A stretch of 63,042 nt of DNA, the filler included, from Octopus bimaculoides (lineage: Eukaryota): the NCBI RefSeq assembly GCF_001194135.2. It is 6 parts of 6 records of this genome, joined end to end, with 100 filler letters (N's around TTAATTAATTAA, not from the genome) between each part and the next. Parts side by side here need not be neighbours in the genome. Positions count along the whole stretch, not along the records: positions 41,211 to 57,215 come from NC_068990.1; positions 57,316 to 61,267 come from NW_026387886.1; positions 61,368 to 63,042 come from NC_068989.1; 3 more parts are not named here. One strand, written 5' to 3'. The notes beneath the pieces were generated by a model. It saw only the letters and a program-made list of their open reading frames with translations. It was not told the origin of the DNA and made no database searches. Below are positions 51,421 to 63,042 of the stretch, one piece after another. Position 1 is the first letter of the stretch. Each line of letters begins with the position of its first letter. A program made the position numbers and the translations under genes.

Positions 51421-52500
51421 TCTGAAAAGCTATTATTTTTTTTATCCAGTGATTATCTTTTGCTGTTCTAAGCCAAACACAAAAAAGACGGTCGCCTCGC
51501 GTAGCCACTTTGTCGACAAGAAGAATTCACCAGTTTTAAATCTTTGCAAATAATTTCGTACACGCTTATCACAACGAACAGTTTTTTTGAAAGTCCTTCA
51601 GCTTAATAGAATGAGGCTGAAATAAAATCGAATGCAAGATCGGTTTTTATTTATTTATTCATCTAATTATTGTATTTTTCTCATTTTTAGCAACGAAAAC
51701 GCATCAGATTTTAAATTAAAAGTAAATAGATTGGACATGTTGGTGCATTAATGAAGCCGGAATAAATGGAAAAAAATATATAAATTATCTGTTTTGCAAA
51801 TACAATGTACCCCAAGAAGTGCAAAACTAACAAAATATTCATATTCACATGTGATATACAGTAAGAATATACATTTACTGAGAGCGTATGAAATGGCTCC
51901 CACTACGTATGAAAGGTAAGTCAGGTGCATGGCAAGAGTTGTATAGCTTAAAATTCAGAAAGTAGCAACCACAATCTGGTGGCCTCTGACAAAATAGCAC
52001 TTAACATATTTTTATCAAGTCCAAAGAGATTTTATAAAAATAAAATATTGGTTATTTGCTGATTTATATGACACACTAAGTTGAGTTTTAAATGGAAGCT
52101 ATTCTTGATACATATGAACGTATATTTACACCTATGCGTCGAGGTGTATTTATACATATATATNNNNNNNNNNNNNNNNNNNNNNNNNNNNNNNNNNNNN
52201 NNNNNNNNNNNNNNNNNNNNNNNNNNNNNNNNNNNNNNNNNNNNNNNNNNNNNNNNNNNNNNNNNNNNNNNNNNNNNNNNNNNNNNNNNNNNNNNNNNNN
52301 NNNNNNNNNNNNNNNNNNNNNNNNNNNNNNNNNNNNNNNNNNNNNNNNNNNNNNNNNNNNNNNNNNNNNNNNNNNNNNNNNNNNNNNNNNNNNNNNNNNN
52401 NNNNNNNNNNNNNNNNNNNNNNNNNNNNNNNNNNNNNNNNNNNNNNNNNNNNNNNNNNNNNNNNNNNNNNNNNNNNNNNNNNNNNNNNNNNNNNNNNNNN

Positions 52501-52990
52501 CAGAAATGTATAGGAGTTGATCTGCTGCCTTCATTTTTCTGCTCCTGATGGCCTGAATCCGTCACCTCTCTTCATTGTAAACCCACCCCTACACACATTC
52601 ACAAACACCGATCATGACATACACATCAACTTCATATACGCAGACAGTTTATCAAATACGTACACATTTTCATACATGTACATACACAGAGTGCCAATCA
52701 CTCCACATTACGCACGTACTTCCTTATTCGTACACGTTTAATCGGTTCACTGTTATCTCTCCTATCACTAGCTTCTTCCATCCTGTCTTTTCAACATGTG
52801 GGACCATTAATCTTGACACATCTTTTTCACTGCCTGATTTTTTCCCTCTCACTCCACCTTTTCCTCTCATTCCTTTCTGTCGAAGAGCGTAGGCTCGAAA
52901 CATTAAAAACTTTGCAATTTCTCTCGAATGTGAAACTAATACCCATTCTTGTTGTTCCCTTACCTGTCTCTATCTTCTTTGTTTTCTTTT
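52501..52990 (+). mobile_element. Penelope-like element 3' fragment
   Basis: ELICCLHFSAPDGLN (52514-58), typical of the GIY-YIG C-terminus; downstream hammerhead-like TCGAAGA-GCGTAGGCTC-GAAA (52880-52900). Confidence 0.65.
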
Positions 52991-53039
52991 CAACACATTT
53001 GAACTTTATATACATCTTACTATCTATCTAGATATCTAT

Positions 53040-53420
53040 CGTCACCCACTTCAACACTGCGAATCATTCTATTGCATATTTATCAGTGTGTGGCATGGCC
53101 TTGCATCACGGATCCCCACTTCTCTAGGAAACGAAAAGAGCAACGTCTCAAACTTCATCTTGGCACTATATCTCTGACAAGTATGAATGAACGTTTTTCG
53201 ATTCATCCTTTCACCTCCTCTTAATTCATTTTACCATTTTTTAATCCTCATTCCAGGCTCTCTGCAGCATTCCCGTATTTACTTACCTCTACTCACTCCA
53301 GCACCCTTCTCCTTCTCCTTTCTGTACGTCCTTTCCTATAACTTCGGTTTCACGTTAGAAGGCCATGTTATTCTGCGTCCATTATCAGTTGCAGCCAGTT
53401 TTTCAAGCTGAGAGTATGTA
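53040..53420 (+). mobile_element. Second Penelope-like 3' fragment in tandem
   Basis: THFNTANHSIAYLSVCGMALHHGS / RKRKEQRLKLHLGTISLTSMNERFS (frameshifted) matches the PLE endonuclease C-terminus HFN..HS..EQ.LI..LGT..P.G.NE. Confidence 0.7.
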
Positions 53421-53439
53421 AACTCGGTCTTTCTCCAAC

Positions 53440-53675
53440 TTCTATCTTTACTGCACACAAGGGGCTGCACACAGAGCGGACAAACACGGACAGACAAACG
53501 GATTAAGTCGATTATATCGACCCCAGTGTGTAACATGTACTTAATTTATCGACCCCGAAAGGATGAAACGCAAAGTCGACCTTGGTGGTATTTGAACTCA
53601 CAACGTAACGGCAGACGAAATACCTCTAAGCATTTTTCTCAGCGTGCTAACGGTTCTGCCAGCTCGCCGCCTTAA
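53440..53675 (-). mobile_element. SINE-B, young full copy
   Basis: GATTAAGTCGATTATATCGACCCCAGTG..GCCAGCTCGCCGCCTT. Confidence 0.9.
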
Positions 53676-55163
53676 TCTTGATGTACATTAATATATCCAG
53701 TCTTTTCGTTGTGAGAGAATTAGTGCCTTAATTTTATTAGCAATCCTTCTATTGGCAATCGTTCTTAAGCACCACCACAACCATTTCTACGTGACAATTA
53801 AAATAAATATAGCTGCAGGATAATAAATCATTTCTACTCTAATTGATTGACAATTCTAGTACCACGATCAAACCATTGCTACGCTGGTGATCATAAATGA
53901 CGGGCATCTGTTTTGGATTAATAAATATACGATAAGTTTTAGTTGACAGATAGAAAGTTTCCAGTATTAGATTTTTTGTTTTGATAGATAAGCTGGTTGG
54001 TCATAAACTAACAGTAATTTGATGTAATAAACTTGTCCACTTTGCTTTTACTTATTATAAATCCTTTTATATCAAACCCAGTATCGATGAAAGCAGCATT
54101 CACCGGACACCACAACAACAAATCTAATCCACTACATATACATGTATATACATGTATGTATCTATGCATATATATATATATATATATANNNNNNNNNNNN
54201 NNNNNNNNNNNNNNNNNNNNNNNNNNNNNNNNNNNNNNNNNNNNNNNNNNNNNNNNNNNNNNNNNNNNNNNNNNNNNNNNNNNNNNNNNNNNNNNNNNNN
54301 NNNNNNNNNNNNNNNNNNNNNNNNNNNNNNNNNNNNNNNNNNNNNNNNNNNNNNNNNNNNNNNNNNNNNNNNNNNNNNNNNNNNNNNNNNNNNNNNNNNN
54401 NNNNNNNNNNNNNNNNNNNNNNNNNNNNNNNNNNNNNNNNNNNNNNNNNNNNNNNNNNNNNNNNNNNNNNNNNNNNNNNNNNNNNNNNNTATATATATAT
54501 ATATATATATATATGGTATTGCTGCGTTCATCTAGAAAACATAGTCACCAGTGTATGTATGGTTGATCTGTGCTTTGACTGTATACCTATGTGTGTTTAA
54601 CCGCTTGCGTATTTCGTTCGCGTAACTTTGAGTCTTATTAAACCGGATTTCTTTCATATCTAACTGGCGTATGAAGAGTTAACTTTGCGAACAAGATGAA
54701 TTTATCCCTGTCTTTATGGGATTTTTATTGAAAATAAAAGTCATACATTGCTAACTAATTCCTCTATTTGTCTGCAGTAGCTAGAATAAAGTGTTGCATT
54801 TATGCGCACTTATGATATATTAGTACGTAATTTCTTACATTAATAACTGTCACACTACTACTGACTTTTCTGTCCATAACAGATTTATTTCGTCTTAATG
54901 AAAAGATAGAAACGTACATATATAATGTAGACACACACACACGCACACACACACACACACACATACACACGCACACATATATATATATATACACTTAACG
55001 TATTATGTATATATTCTATATATATTATACGACCATATTGATATTATTTCGTGGCAATTAACATGAGCTTCAAAGTACATAATGAATATATATACATATA
55101 CGTGTCAAGGTGTATGTACATGTACATACGCACATACATACATATACACATACACACATACAT

Positions 55164-55218
<55 letters not shown>

Positions 55219-56744
55219 NNNNNNNNNNNNNNNNNNNNNNNNNNNNNNNNNNNNNNNNNNNNNNNNNNNNNNNNNNNNNNNNNNNNNNNNNNNNNNNNNN
55301 NNNNNNNNNNNNNNNNNNNNNNNNNNNNNNNNNNNNNNNNNNNNNNNNNNNNNNNNNNNNNNNNNNNNNNNNNNNNNNNNNNNNNNNNNNNNNNNNNNNN
55401 NNNNNNNNNNNNNNNNNNNNNNNNNNNNNNNNNNNNNNNNNNNNNNNNNNNNNNNNNNNNNNNNNNNNNNNNNNNNNNNNNNNNNNNNNNNNNNNNNNNN
55501 NNNNNNNNNNNNNNNNNNNNNNNNNNNNNNNNNNNNNNNNNNNNNNNNNNNNNNNNNNNNNNNNNNNNNNNNNNNNNNNNNNNNNNNNNNNNNNNNNNNN
55601 NNNNNNNNNNNNNNNNNNNNNNNNNNNNNNNNNNNNNNNNNNNNNNNNNNNNNNNNNNNNNNNNNNNNNNNNNNNNNNNNNNNNNNNNNNNNNNNNNNNN
55701 NNNNNNNNNNNNNNNNNNNNNNNNNNNNNNNNNNNNNNNNNNNNNNNNNNNNNNNNNNNNNNNNNNNNNNNNNNNNNNNNNNNNNNNNNNNNNNNNNNNN
55801 NNNNNNNNNNNNNNNNNNNNNNNNNNNNNNNNNNNNNNNNNNNNNNNNNNNNNNNNNNNNNNNNNNNNNNNNNNNNNNNNNNNNNNNNNNNNNNNNNNNN
55901 NNNNNNNNNNNNNNNNNNNNNNNNNNNNNNNNNNNNNNNNNNNNNNNNNNNNNNNNNNNNNNNNNNNNNNNNAAAACAGCAAATTTAAAAAGAAAAAAGA
56001 AAAACGAAGCTATGGAAATTAAATACGCTTTACACCGCTTAATCAGCCAAAGGAGTAAATGTAAACAACTGAATACTTGTCAGTGATTGGTTGAAATTAT
56101 CGAAATAAGACAATTTTTTACATGAAATAAATTCGAATACAAAAATATTTTTCTGTTCTATAACACAAAATAGATAAGTATACGAAGTTTGAAAGTCTTT
56201 CCGTACCAAAAACACTACGTAAAACATTAATGAAAAATGTGGCCCCCGTTTTAAAAAAGATCCCAAAAGCTTAAATGAATTTCCTCTAAATCGTTAGGCT
56301 AACTAAATTACATTTTAGAGCAACGGGAACTACAGTGAAACTAAAATAAAATATTTTCAAATATTTAAGAAACATATTATAATTGTGACAAAATCTAAGT
56401 AAGTTAATATATGTATATATTATAAGAATTTTTATATTATATGCCAAATTAGACTGATTGAAATGCGAGAATCAATACAATACTGGATTAGGAATAAAGT
56501 GGGGCATACATGTATATACGTATATGTTTATGGGAAGACGATTCACTTAAATCATGTGGGTTAATATACAAGAGAATTGTGCAATGTAAAAGAGAATGGG
56601 AGATATGTTGTGACCAACGATGTATAACAACATCCGAAAGTTCGGTCGGACATGGTTTGGGGTTCAGTCCCACTGCGTGCCATCTGAAGAAGATGCTTCG
56701 GAATTGTTTGTTTAGAGCTTCACTTATCTTCCCTGGATCTGCAT

Positions 56745-57185
56745 GTAGCGGCAGGTGTGGTAAGAATTTTGCTTCCAAACCACATGATCCTGGGTTCAGT
56801 CCTGCTGCATGTCACCTTGGACAAGCATCATCTTTGATAGCCACGGGCCAACCCAAAATTTGTGAGTAGATTGGATTGACGGAAACTGAAAGAAACCCAT
56901 GGTATATAATATAGATATGTGTATATGGGCGTCGGTGCATGTATATGTGTGTATGTGTATGTGTGTATGTGTATGTGTGTCTGTACCGGTCTTTGTCCCC
57001 CACGCCCACTATTTGACAACCAGTGTCAGTCTGTTTACGTCTACTTAACTTAGCAGTTCGACAAAAGGGCACGATAGATTAAGTTCCAGACTTTAAAACA
57101 AGTACCACCGTCAATTCGTTCGACCAAAATTTCATCAAGGCAGTGCCCCAGCCTGCCCGCTGTCTAATCACTGGAACAAGTAAAA
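56745..57185 (+). mobile_element. SINE-A (preceded by a head fragment at ~56640-56682)
   Basis: GGTGTGGTAAG..CCACATG..GGGTTCAGTCC..GGAAACTGAAAGAA..GGCAGTGCCCCAGC. Confidence 0.75.
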
Positions 57186-58100
57186 GACATATATATATAT
57201 ATATATATATATATANNNNNNNNNNNNNNNNNNNNNNNNNNNNNNNNNNNNNNNNNNNNTTAATTAATTAANNNNNNNNNNNNNNNNNNNNNNNNNNNNN
57301 NNNNNNNNNNNNNNNCAGTGCGTGTATCTGCATTGGAGAAACTATTGAAACTATGTATACAGAAACTATGTGAATATATAAGTTATTTGGGGTGGGTGGG
57401 TGTGGAGTGGGGTGGGGGTACATACATATATGTGTTTATACGTCTGTATGTATATATGAGTGTGCACAGATTCAAGAAACAACGTGCGTATGTCTACGTA
57501 TGTTTTGCGCGTGTATGTACGGTATATCATGAATATATTTTGTAAACACTAGTGCATGCAAATCTATCTACCGGTGTCTGCCTGTCTGTTTGTGTGCATG
57601 TATGTCTCAGTGTTCGTGCAAGTGTATGTTTGTGCGCGCCTATGTGTATGCTAGTGTTTATAAGGTTTTTGTTTTAGTATTTCTGTGCATTTGAATTAAT
57701 TCAATTCAACGTATTTTAAGTGTGCGTGCGCATGAAAAGATGAATTGTATGCAAATGTGTATCTGTACATGCTTGTGTGTCTGTGTGTCTGCGACCATGT
57801 GTTTTCGTGCATCTGAGTATACTGTTTGTGACTGTGCATCTGTAAACATTGTGTACGTGTGTTTGTTCCAGTAACTTATAAACTTTATTCGTTCTATGTG
57901 CAATATGTTAGTGCGTGTATGTATGGATATGAAAGTATCAGCGCGTGTTTAAAATGTACATTTACGTTTGCATGTATTCTGATGTGCATATTTGACCCGA
58001 CTGTTCATGTATGTCTGACAGTGTCCAATATTTGTGACTGCATGTATTGTTTACTTATATAATTAGTTACGACTAAAAAGTTCTTTAAAATATAGGACCC

Positions 58101-58152
<52 letters not shown>

Positions 58153-59020
58153 CATACATACACACACACACACACAGACACACACGCGCGCGCACACCCN
58201 NNNNNNNNNNNNNNNNNNNNNNNNNNNNNNNNNNNNNNNNNNNNNNNNNNNNNNNNNNNNNNNNNNNNNNNNNNNNNNNNNNNNNNNNNNNNNNNNNNNN
58301 NNNNNNNNNNNNNNNNNNNNNNNNNNNNNNNNNNNNNNNNNNNNNNNNNNNNNNNNNNNNNNNNNNNNNNNNNNNNNNNNNNNNNNNNNNNNNNNNNNNN
58401 NNNNNNNNNNNNNNNNNNNNNNNNNNNNNNNNNNNNNNNNNNNNNNNNNNNNNNNNNNNNNNNNNNNNNNNNNNNNNNNNNNNNNNNNNNNNNNNNNNNN
58501 NNNNNNNNNNNNNNNNNNNNNNNNNNNNNNNNNNNNNNNNNNNNNNNNNNNNNNNNNNNNNNNNNNNNNNNNNNNNNNNNNNNNNNNNNNNNNNNNNNNN
58601 NNNNNNNNNNNNNNNNNNNNNNNNNNNNNNNNNNNNNNNNNNNNNNNNNNNNNNNNNNNNNNNNNNNNNNNNNNNNNNNNNNNNNNNNNNNNNNNNNNNN
58701 NNNNNNNNNNNNNNNNNNNNNNNNNNNNNNNNNNNNNNNNNNNNNNNNNNNNNNNNNNNNNNNNNNNNNNNNNNNNNNNNNNNNNNNNNNNNNNNNNNNN
58801 NNNNNNNNNNNNNNNNNNNNNNNNNNNNNNNNNNNNNNNNNNNNNNNNNNNNNNNNNNNNNNNNNNNNNNNNNNNNNNNNNNNNNNNNNNNNNNNNNNNN
58901 NNNNNNNNNNNNNNNNNNNNNNNNNNNNNNNNNNNNNNNNNNNNNNNNNNNNNNNNNNNNNNNNNNNNNNNNNNNNNNNNNNNNNNNNNNNNNNNNNNNN
59001 NNNNNNNNNNNNNNNNNNNN

Positions 59021-59072
<52 letters not shown>

Positions 59073-60018
59073 TATACAAAAGATATATTCATATTATTTG
59101 AACTTGAAAGTTTGTGTTGTTTGTTATATGCGACTTTATTGCACGCATACATGTATGTATGCATGTATGTATAAATGTATATGCCTGTATATGACATGTA
59201 AGCGCATATACATGTTTGTACGTACATATTTATGTTTGCCTGCATTCATGCCAGTTAGTGAATATGTCTGCATATGAAATGTACGTACGTATGTTTGCAT
59301 CTATGCATGCAAGAATATACATGTGCATGTGTGTATGTATGTGTATGCACATGCATATAAGCATTTATGTATGGATATGTACGTGATATTTTGTGTGTGC
59401 ATGTTTCTTGCACAATGTTTTATATGTGTTTATGCATGCATACATGAATATGCATATGTCTGCCTGTTTCTCTATATTTGGGAATGTGAACGCTTTTGCG
59501 CGCGCGCCTGCGTGAGGGAGAGTTTACATATGTATTCGATGTATGTGCAAAATGTTCAAACTTCGTGTCCATTTATTATACTTACATATTACATGTATTT
59601 TAAGTGTGTGCATATGCGTATATGTTTATATACAAGTGTCTGTGCGTTTTTGTTTTTCAAATTTTACATTTGTTTTGCGTCAAGTGCGCATTCAGATTAA
59701 ACGCGTACTCGAGCGAGCGTCTTGCGTGAGTGAAAGCATTCTGTCATTCACGCAAACAATCAATGAGTGAATGAGCGAGTCAGTGTAGAATGAGGGGATA
59801 CGAGTAAAGGCATAGAGTAAATGTAAGTATTAGAGAGTGAGGGTGGTGAGTCAGTGTTAGAAAAAGAAATAAAGTGAGTGAAATTTGAGTGTGTGTGCTG
59901 TGAGTGAAGGCAGTGTGTACTTTTTTTTTTTACCGTGTTCAAAACACAGCAACCATCGCTGCAATGTGTTAAGAAGCAGTTACAAGACCTGTTAAAAACT
60001 TTATATATTCTCAAGCAC

Positions 60019-60062
<44 letters not shown>

Positions 60063-60065
60063 TTT

Positions 60066-60101
<36 letters not shown>

Positions 60102-60120
60102 TCATATATATATATATATA

Positions 60121-60222
60121 ATCATAAATATACAGGGATTAGCATTGAGTTGCTTCTCCAACATACTGAAAATTTAGAAATAGCAGTCAAAGAACTAATG
60201 CTAATCCCTGTATATTTATGAT
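60121..60222. other. 102-nt hairpin with 26-bp perfect arms
   Basis: ATCATAAATATACAGGGATTAGCATT (60121-46) is the reverse complement of 60197-60222. Confidence 0.85.
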
Positions 60223-60401
60223 GATANNNNNNNNNNNNNNNNNNNNNNNNNNNNNNNNNNNNNNNNNNNNNNNNNNNNNNNNNNNNNNNNNNNNNNNNNN
60301 NNNNNNNNNNNNNNNNNNNNNNNNNNNNNNNNNNNNNNNNNNNNNNNNNNNNNNNNNNNNNNNNNNNNNNNNNNNNNNNNNNNNNNNNNNNNNNNNNNNN
60401 N

Positions 60402-60755
60402 GTAAGAAGCTTGCTTACCAACCACATGGTCCCGGGTTCAGTCTCACTGCGTGGCATCTTGGGCAAGTGTCTTCTACTATAGCCTCGGGCCGACCAATGC
60501 CTTGTGAGTGGATTTGGTAGACGGAAACTGAAAGAAGCCTGTCGTATATATGTATATATATATGTATGTGTTTGTATGTCTGTGTTTGTCCCCCCAACAT
60601 CGCTTGACAACCGATGCTGGTGTGTTTATGTCCCCGTAACTTAGCGGTTCGGCAAAAGAGACCGATAGAATAAGTACTAGGCTTCCAAAGAATAAGTCCT
60701 GGCGGTGCTCCAGCATGGCCACAGTCAAAAGACTGAAACAAGTAAAAGCGTAAAA
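60402..60755 (+). mobile_element. SINE-A, young copy
   Basis: Near-identical to the 13894 and 7348 copies, with a small deletion after AAGTCCTGG. Confidence 0.9.
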
Positions 60756-60964
60756 GAGATATATATATATATATATGTATGTATGTATGTATGTATATAT
60801 ATATTTACACATACGTACATGCATACACACATATGTAATACATACATACACACATACATACATACATACATACATACATGCATGCATGCATGCATGCATG
60901 TTTTAATAGATTGTTCATAAAGTTATAAAAATAAACACTCGCATGCACAAATACACGTGCATAC

Positions 60965-61044
60965 ACACAACACTAACACACCCAAACAAACATGTAGGTG
61001 TGTTAGTGTTGTGTAAGGGTGTGTACGCACACGCGTTAACGCGT
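60965..61044. other. 18-bp perfect hairpin followed by a 14-bp palindrome
   Basis: ACACAACACTAACACACC-14nt-GGTGTGTTAGTGTTGTGT (60965-61014); ACGCGTTAACGCGT (61031-44). Confidence 0.75.
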
Positions 61045-61047
61045 TAG

Positions 61048-61101
<54 letters not shown>

Positions 61102-61539
61102 AAGAAATATATATATGTACATGTTTCTGTCTATAAAACTATATATAAAATATAAACGCATAAAGACACACCCAACTAACGGGAAACTTGTACATGAATA
61201 TATTTGTATGTATGAATGTGTATATATACATAATATATATACATAAATGCATTCGTATATATATATANNNNNNNNNNNNNNNNNNNNNNNNNNNNNNNNN
61301 NNNNNNNNNNNTTAATTAATTAANNNNNNNNNNNNNNNNNNNNNNNNNNNNNNNNNNNNNNNNNNNNCATACTGAATACATGCTCTCTCAAAAGTGTTGA
61401 TCCCCTCCTTAACCTGCTTCCTCCATCTGTGGCGATGACAGGCATTTTTCTCCCAGTCAGTGCCCTGCATATCACAGGCCTTTAATGAGGACTTGACACA
61501 GTCCTTAAATCGCAGCTTTTGTTTTTTTTATTTTGATAA

Positions 61540-61835
61540 GCTTGGTACTTATTCTCTCAGTTACTTATTGTCAAACCAGTAAGTTATGGGGATGTAAATA
61601 AATGAACAGCAGTTGTGAAGCAGTGATAAGGGAGAAACACAGAGACAAAGACACACACATACACTTACATATATACATATATATACGATTGATTTCTTTC
61701 AGTTTCTGTCTACAAAATCCACTCACAAGGCTTTGGTTGGTGTGAGGGTATAGCAGAAGACACATGCCAAGTCACCACACAGTGGCACTGAACCCAAGAA
61801 CCAAGTTTCTTACCACACAGCCACACCTGCACCTA
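61540..61835 (-). mobile_element. SINE-A, diverged
   Basis: CTTTCAGTTTCTGTCTAC..CACTCACAAGGCTTTGG..CTACCACACAGCCAC. Confidence 0.75.
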
Positions 61836-61855
61836 TGTATGTGTGTGTGTGTGTG

Positions 61856-61916
<61 letters not shown>

Positions 61917-61997
61917 GTGTGTGTGCATGAGTGTATATATGTATGCATGTATATATGTGTATATATATGTGTACATATTATATGTACATCTATATAT

Positions 61998-62110
61998 ATC
62001 ATCATCATCATCATCATCGTTTAATGTCCACCTTCCATGCTAGCATGGGTTGGACGATTTGACTGAGGACTGGTGAAACCGGATGGCAACACCAGGCTCC
62101 AATCTAATCT
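61998..62110 (-). mobile_element. RTE-type 3' tail with (ATC)n
   Basis: Reverse complement of 9070-9175. Confidence 0.75.
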
Positions 62111-62254
62111 GCACATATACATGTATACGTATACATCTATATCTATATATATACATCTATACATATACATGTATAGATGTATATATATATGTGTGGTGAG
62201 GAATCCTACATTGGGGAGTAGTAATGACTATGGTAGGGTAGCTGACTGCTTATT

Positions 62255-62700
62255 GTGATCATTCCTCTTTTGGCTTCCCGTAGCTTTGCTCTCTTTTACA
62301 AACCCAGCGAATATGCATATATTTCCTATTTCAAAGAAATTCAAACAATAGATATAACACCCAAGTCAAAAAGATTCTCAACAATTCAACTTCTCTGGTT
62401 GACATTAAGACACCCACCACCAATAGGGGCCTTAACTCCCACATTTTAGAGCTCCATGACATCCATTTTTCAGGAGCAAAATCCTTTTAACAGGTTCCAG
62501 AAGACTGGAATTTTGGAATCTGTGCATAAAGATCAGTAGTATGGAATACATATGTCATGATTAGAATTTTTTTACGGTGTGTAAAGAGGAAAAGAACCCT
62601 CATCTGCAATTTTGATGAAATTCGTATCATAGATATTCCAGTTCATTAGAGAAAATATAACAGAAAAGTCTAATTCTTCCATTGCAAGTAACATGGGCAA
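62255..62700 (+). mobile_element. Possible decayed I-group LINE fragment (linker + RNase H start)
   Basis: One frame: ITPKSKRFSTIQLLWLTLRHPPPI..SMTSIFQ..ESVHKDQ*YGIH..KEPSSAI, resembling PPW..YTDGSK..RLP..SI. Weak. Confidence 0.4.
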
Positions 62701-62909
62701 CTCCGGGTATCTCTGCTAGTATTATATTTATATGTAAGTATGTATATATGTATGTATGCCTGTATGTATGTGAGATAATAGTTTCACTTTAATAGTTTCA
62801 GTATTAAAGTGAAAGTATTAAAGTGAAAATATCTGACATTACAATAGAGAGATGTTATTGTTTCACTTTTGACACATAATACTGAAATAGTGGAGAAGAT
62901 GTGATATTG

Positions 62910-63042
62910 TCATTTTGACTGTGGCCATGCTGGAGCACCGCCTTTAATCAAGCAAATCGACCACAGGACTTATTCTTTGTAAGCCTAGTACTTATTCTAT
63001 CGGTCTCTTTTCCGAACTGCTAAGTTACAGGGACGTAAACAC
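62910..63042 (-). mobile_element. SINE-A 3' end (runs off window)
   Basis: CATTTTGACTGTGGCCATGCTGGAGCACCGCCTTTA. Confidence 0.85.

Noticed and set aside
57389-57418. G-quadruplex motif as a regulatory element
   Set aside because: Motif present but in simple-repeat context with no other evidence.

Overview
AT-rich eukaryotic scaffold with many N gaps, dense microsatellites and tRNA-derived SINEs. The repeat families look octopod; this is my inference, not a database result. I cannot support any intact protein-coding gene. Almost all listed ORFs are microsatellite or N artefacts. Three things stand out. (1) A previously unannotated fossil gene on the + strand (~28.5-36.9 kb, possibly from ~22.2 kb): four successive, heavily decayed trypsin-like (S1A) protease domains with surviving GT-AG introns, interspersed with LDL-receptor class A-like relics, i.e. 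a nudel/polyprotease-like architecture. (2) Several minimal type I hammerhead ribozymes: three nearly canonical (3850+, 39731-, 48844-) plus decayed relics, with Penelope-like element (PLE) GIY-YIG C-terminal fragments nearby. (3) Long hairpins and MITEs, a convergent cluster of seven SINE copies, and satellites visibly born from dispersed repeats. Decayed maT/Tc1-mariner, Tigger, hAT, CR1-like, I-like and possibly Sola-like fragments are also present. SINE-A/B/C are my working labels. All protein similarities were recognised by eye and need HMM or frameshift-aware alignment confirmation.
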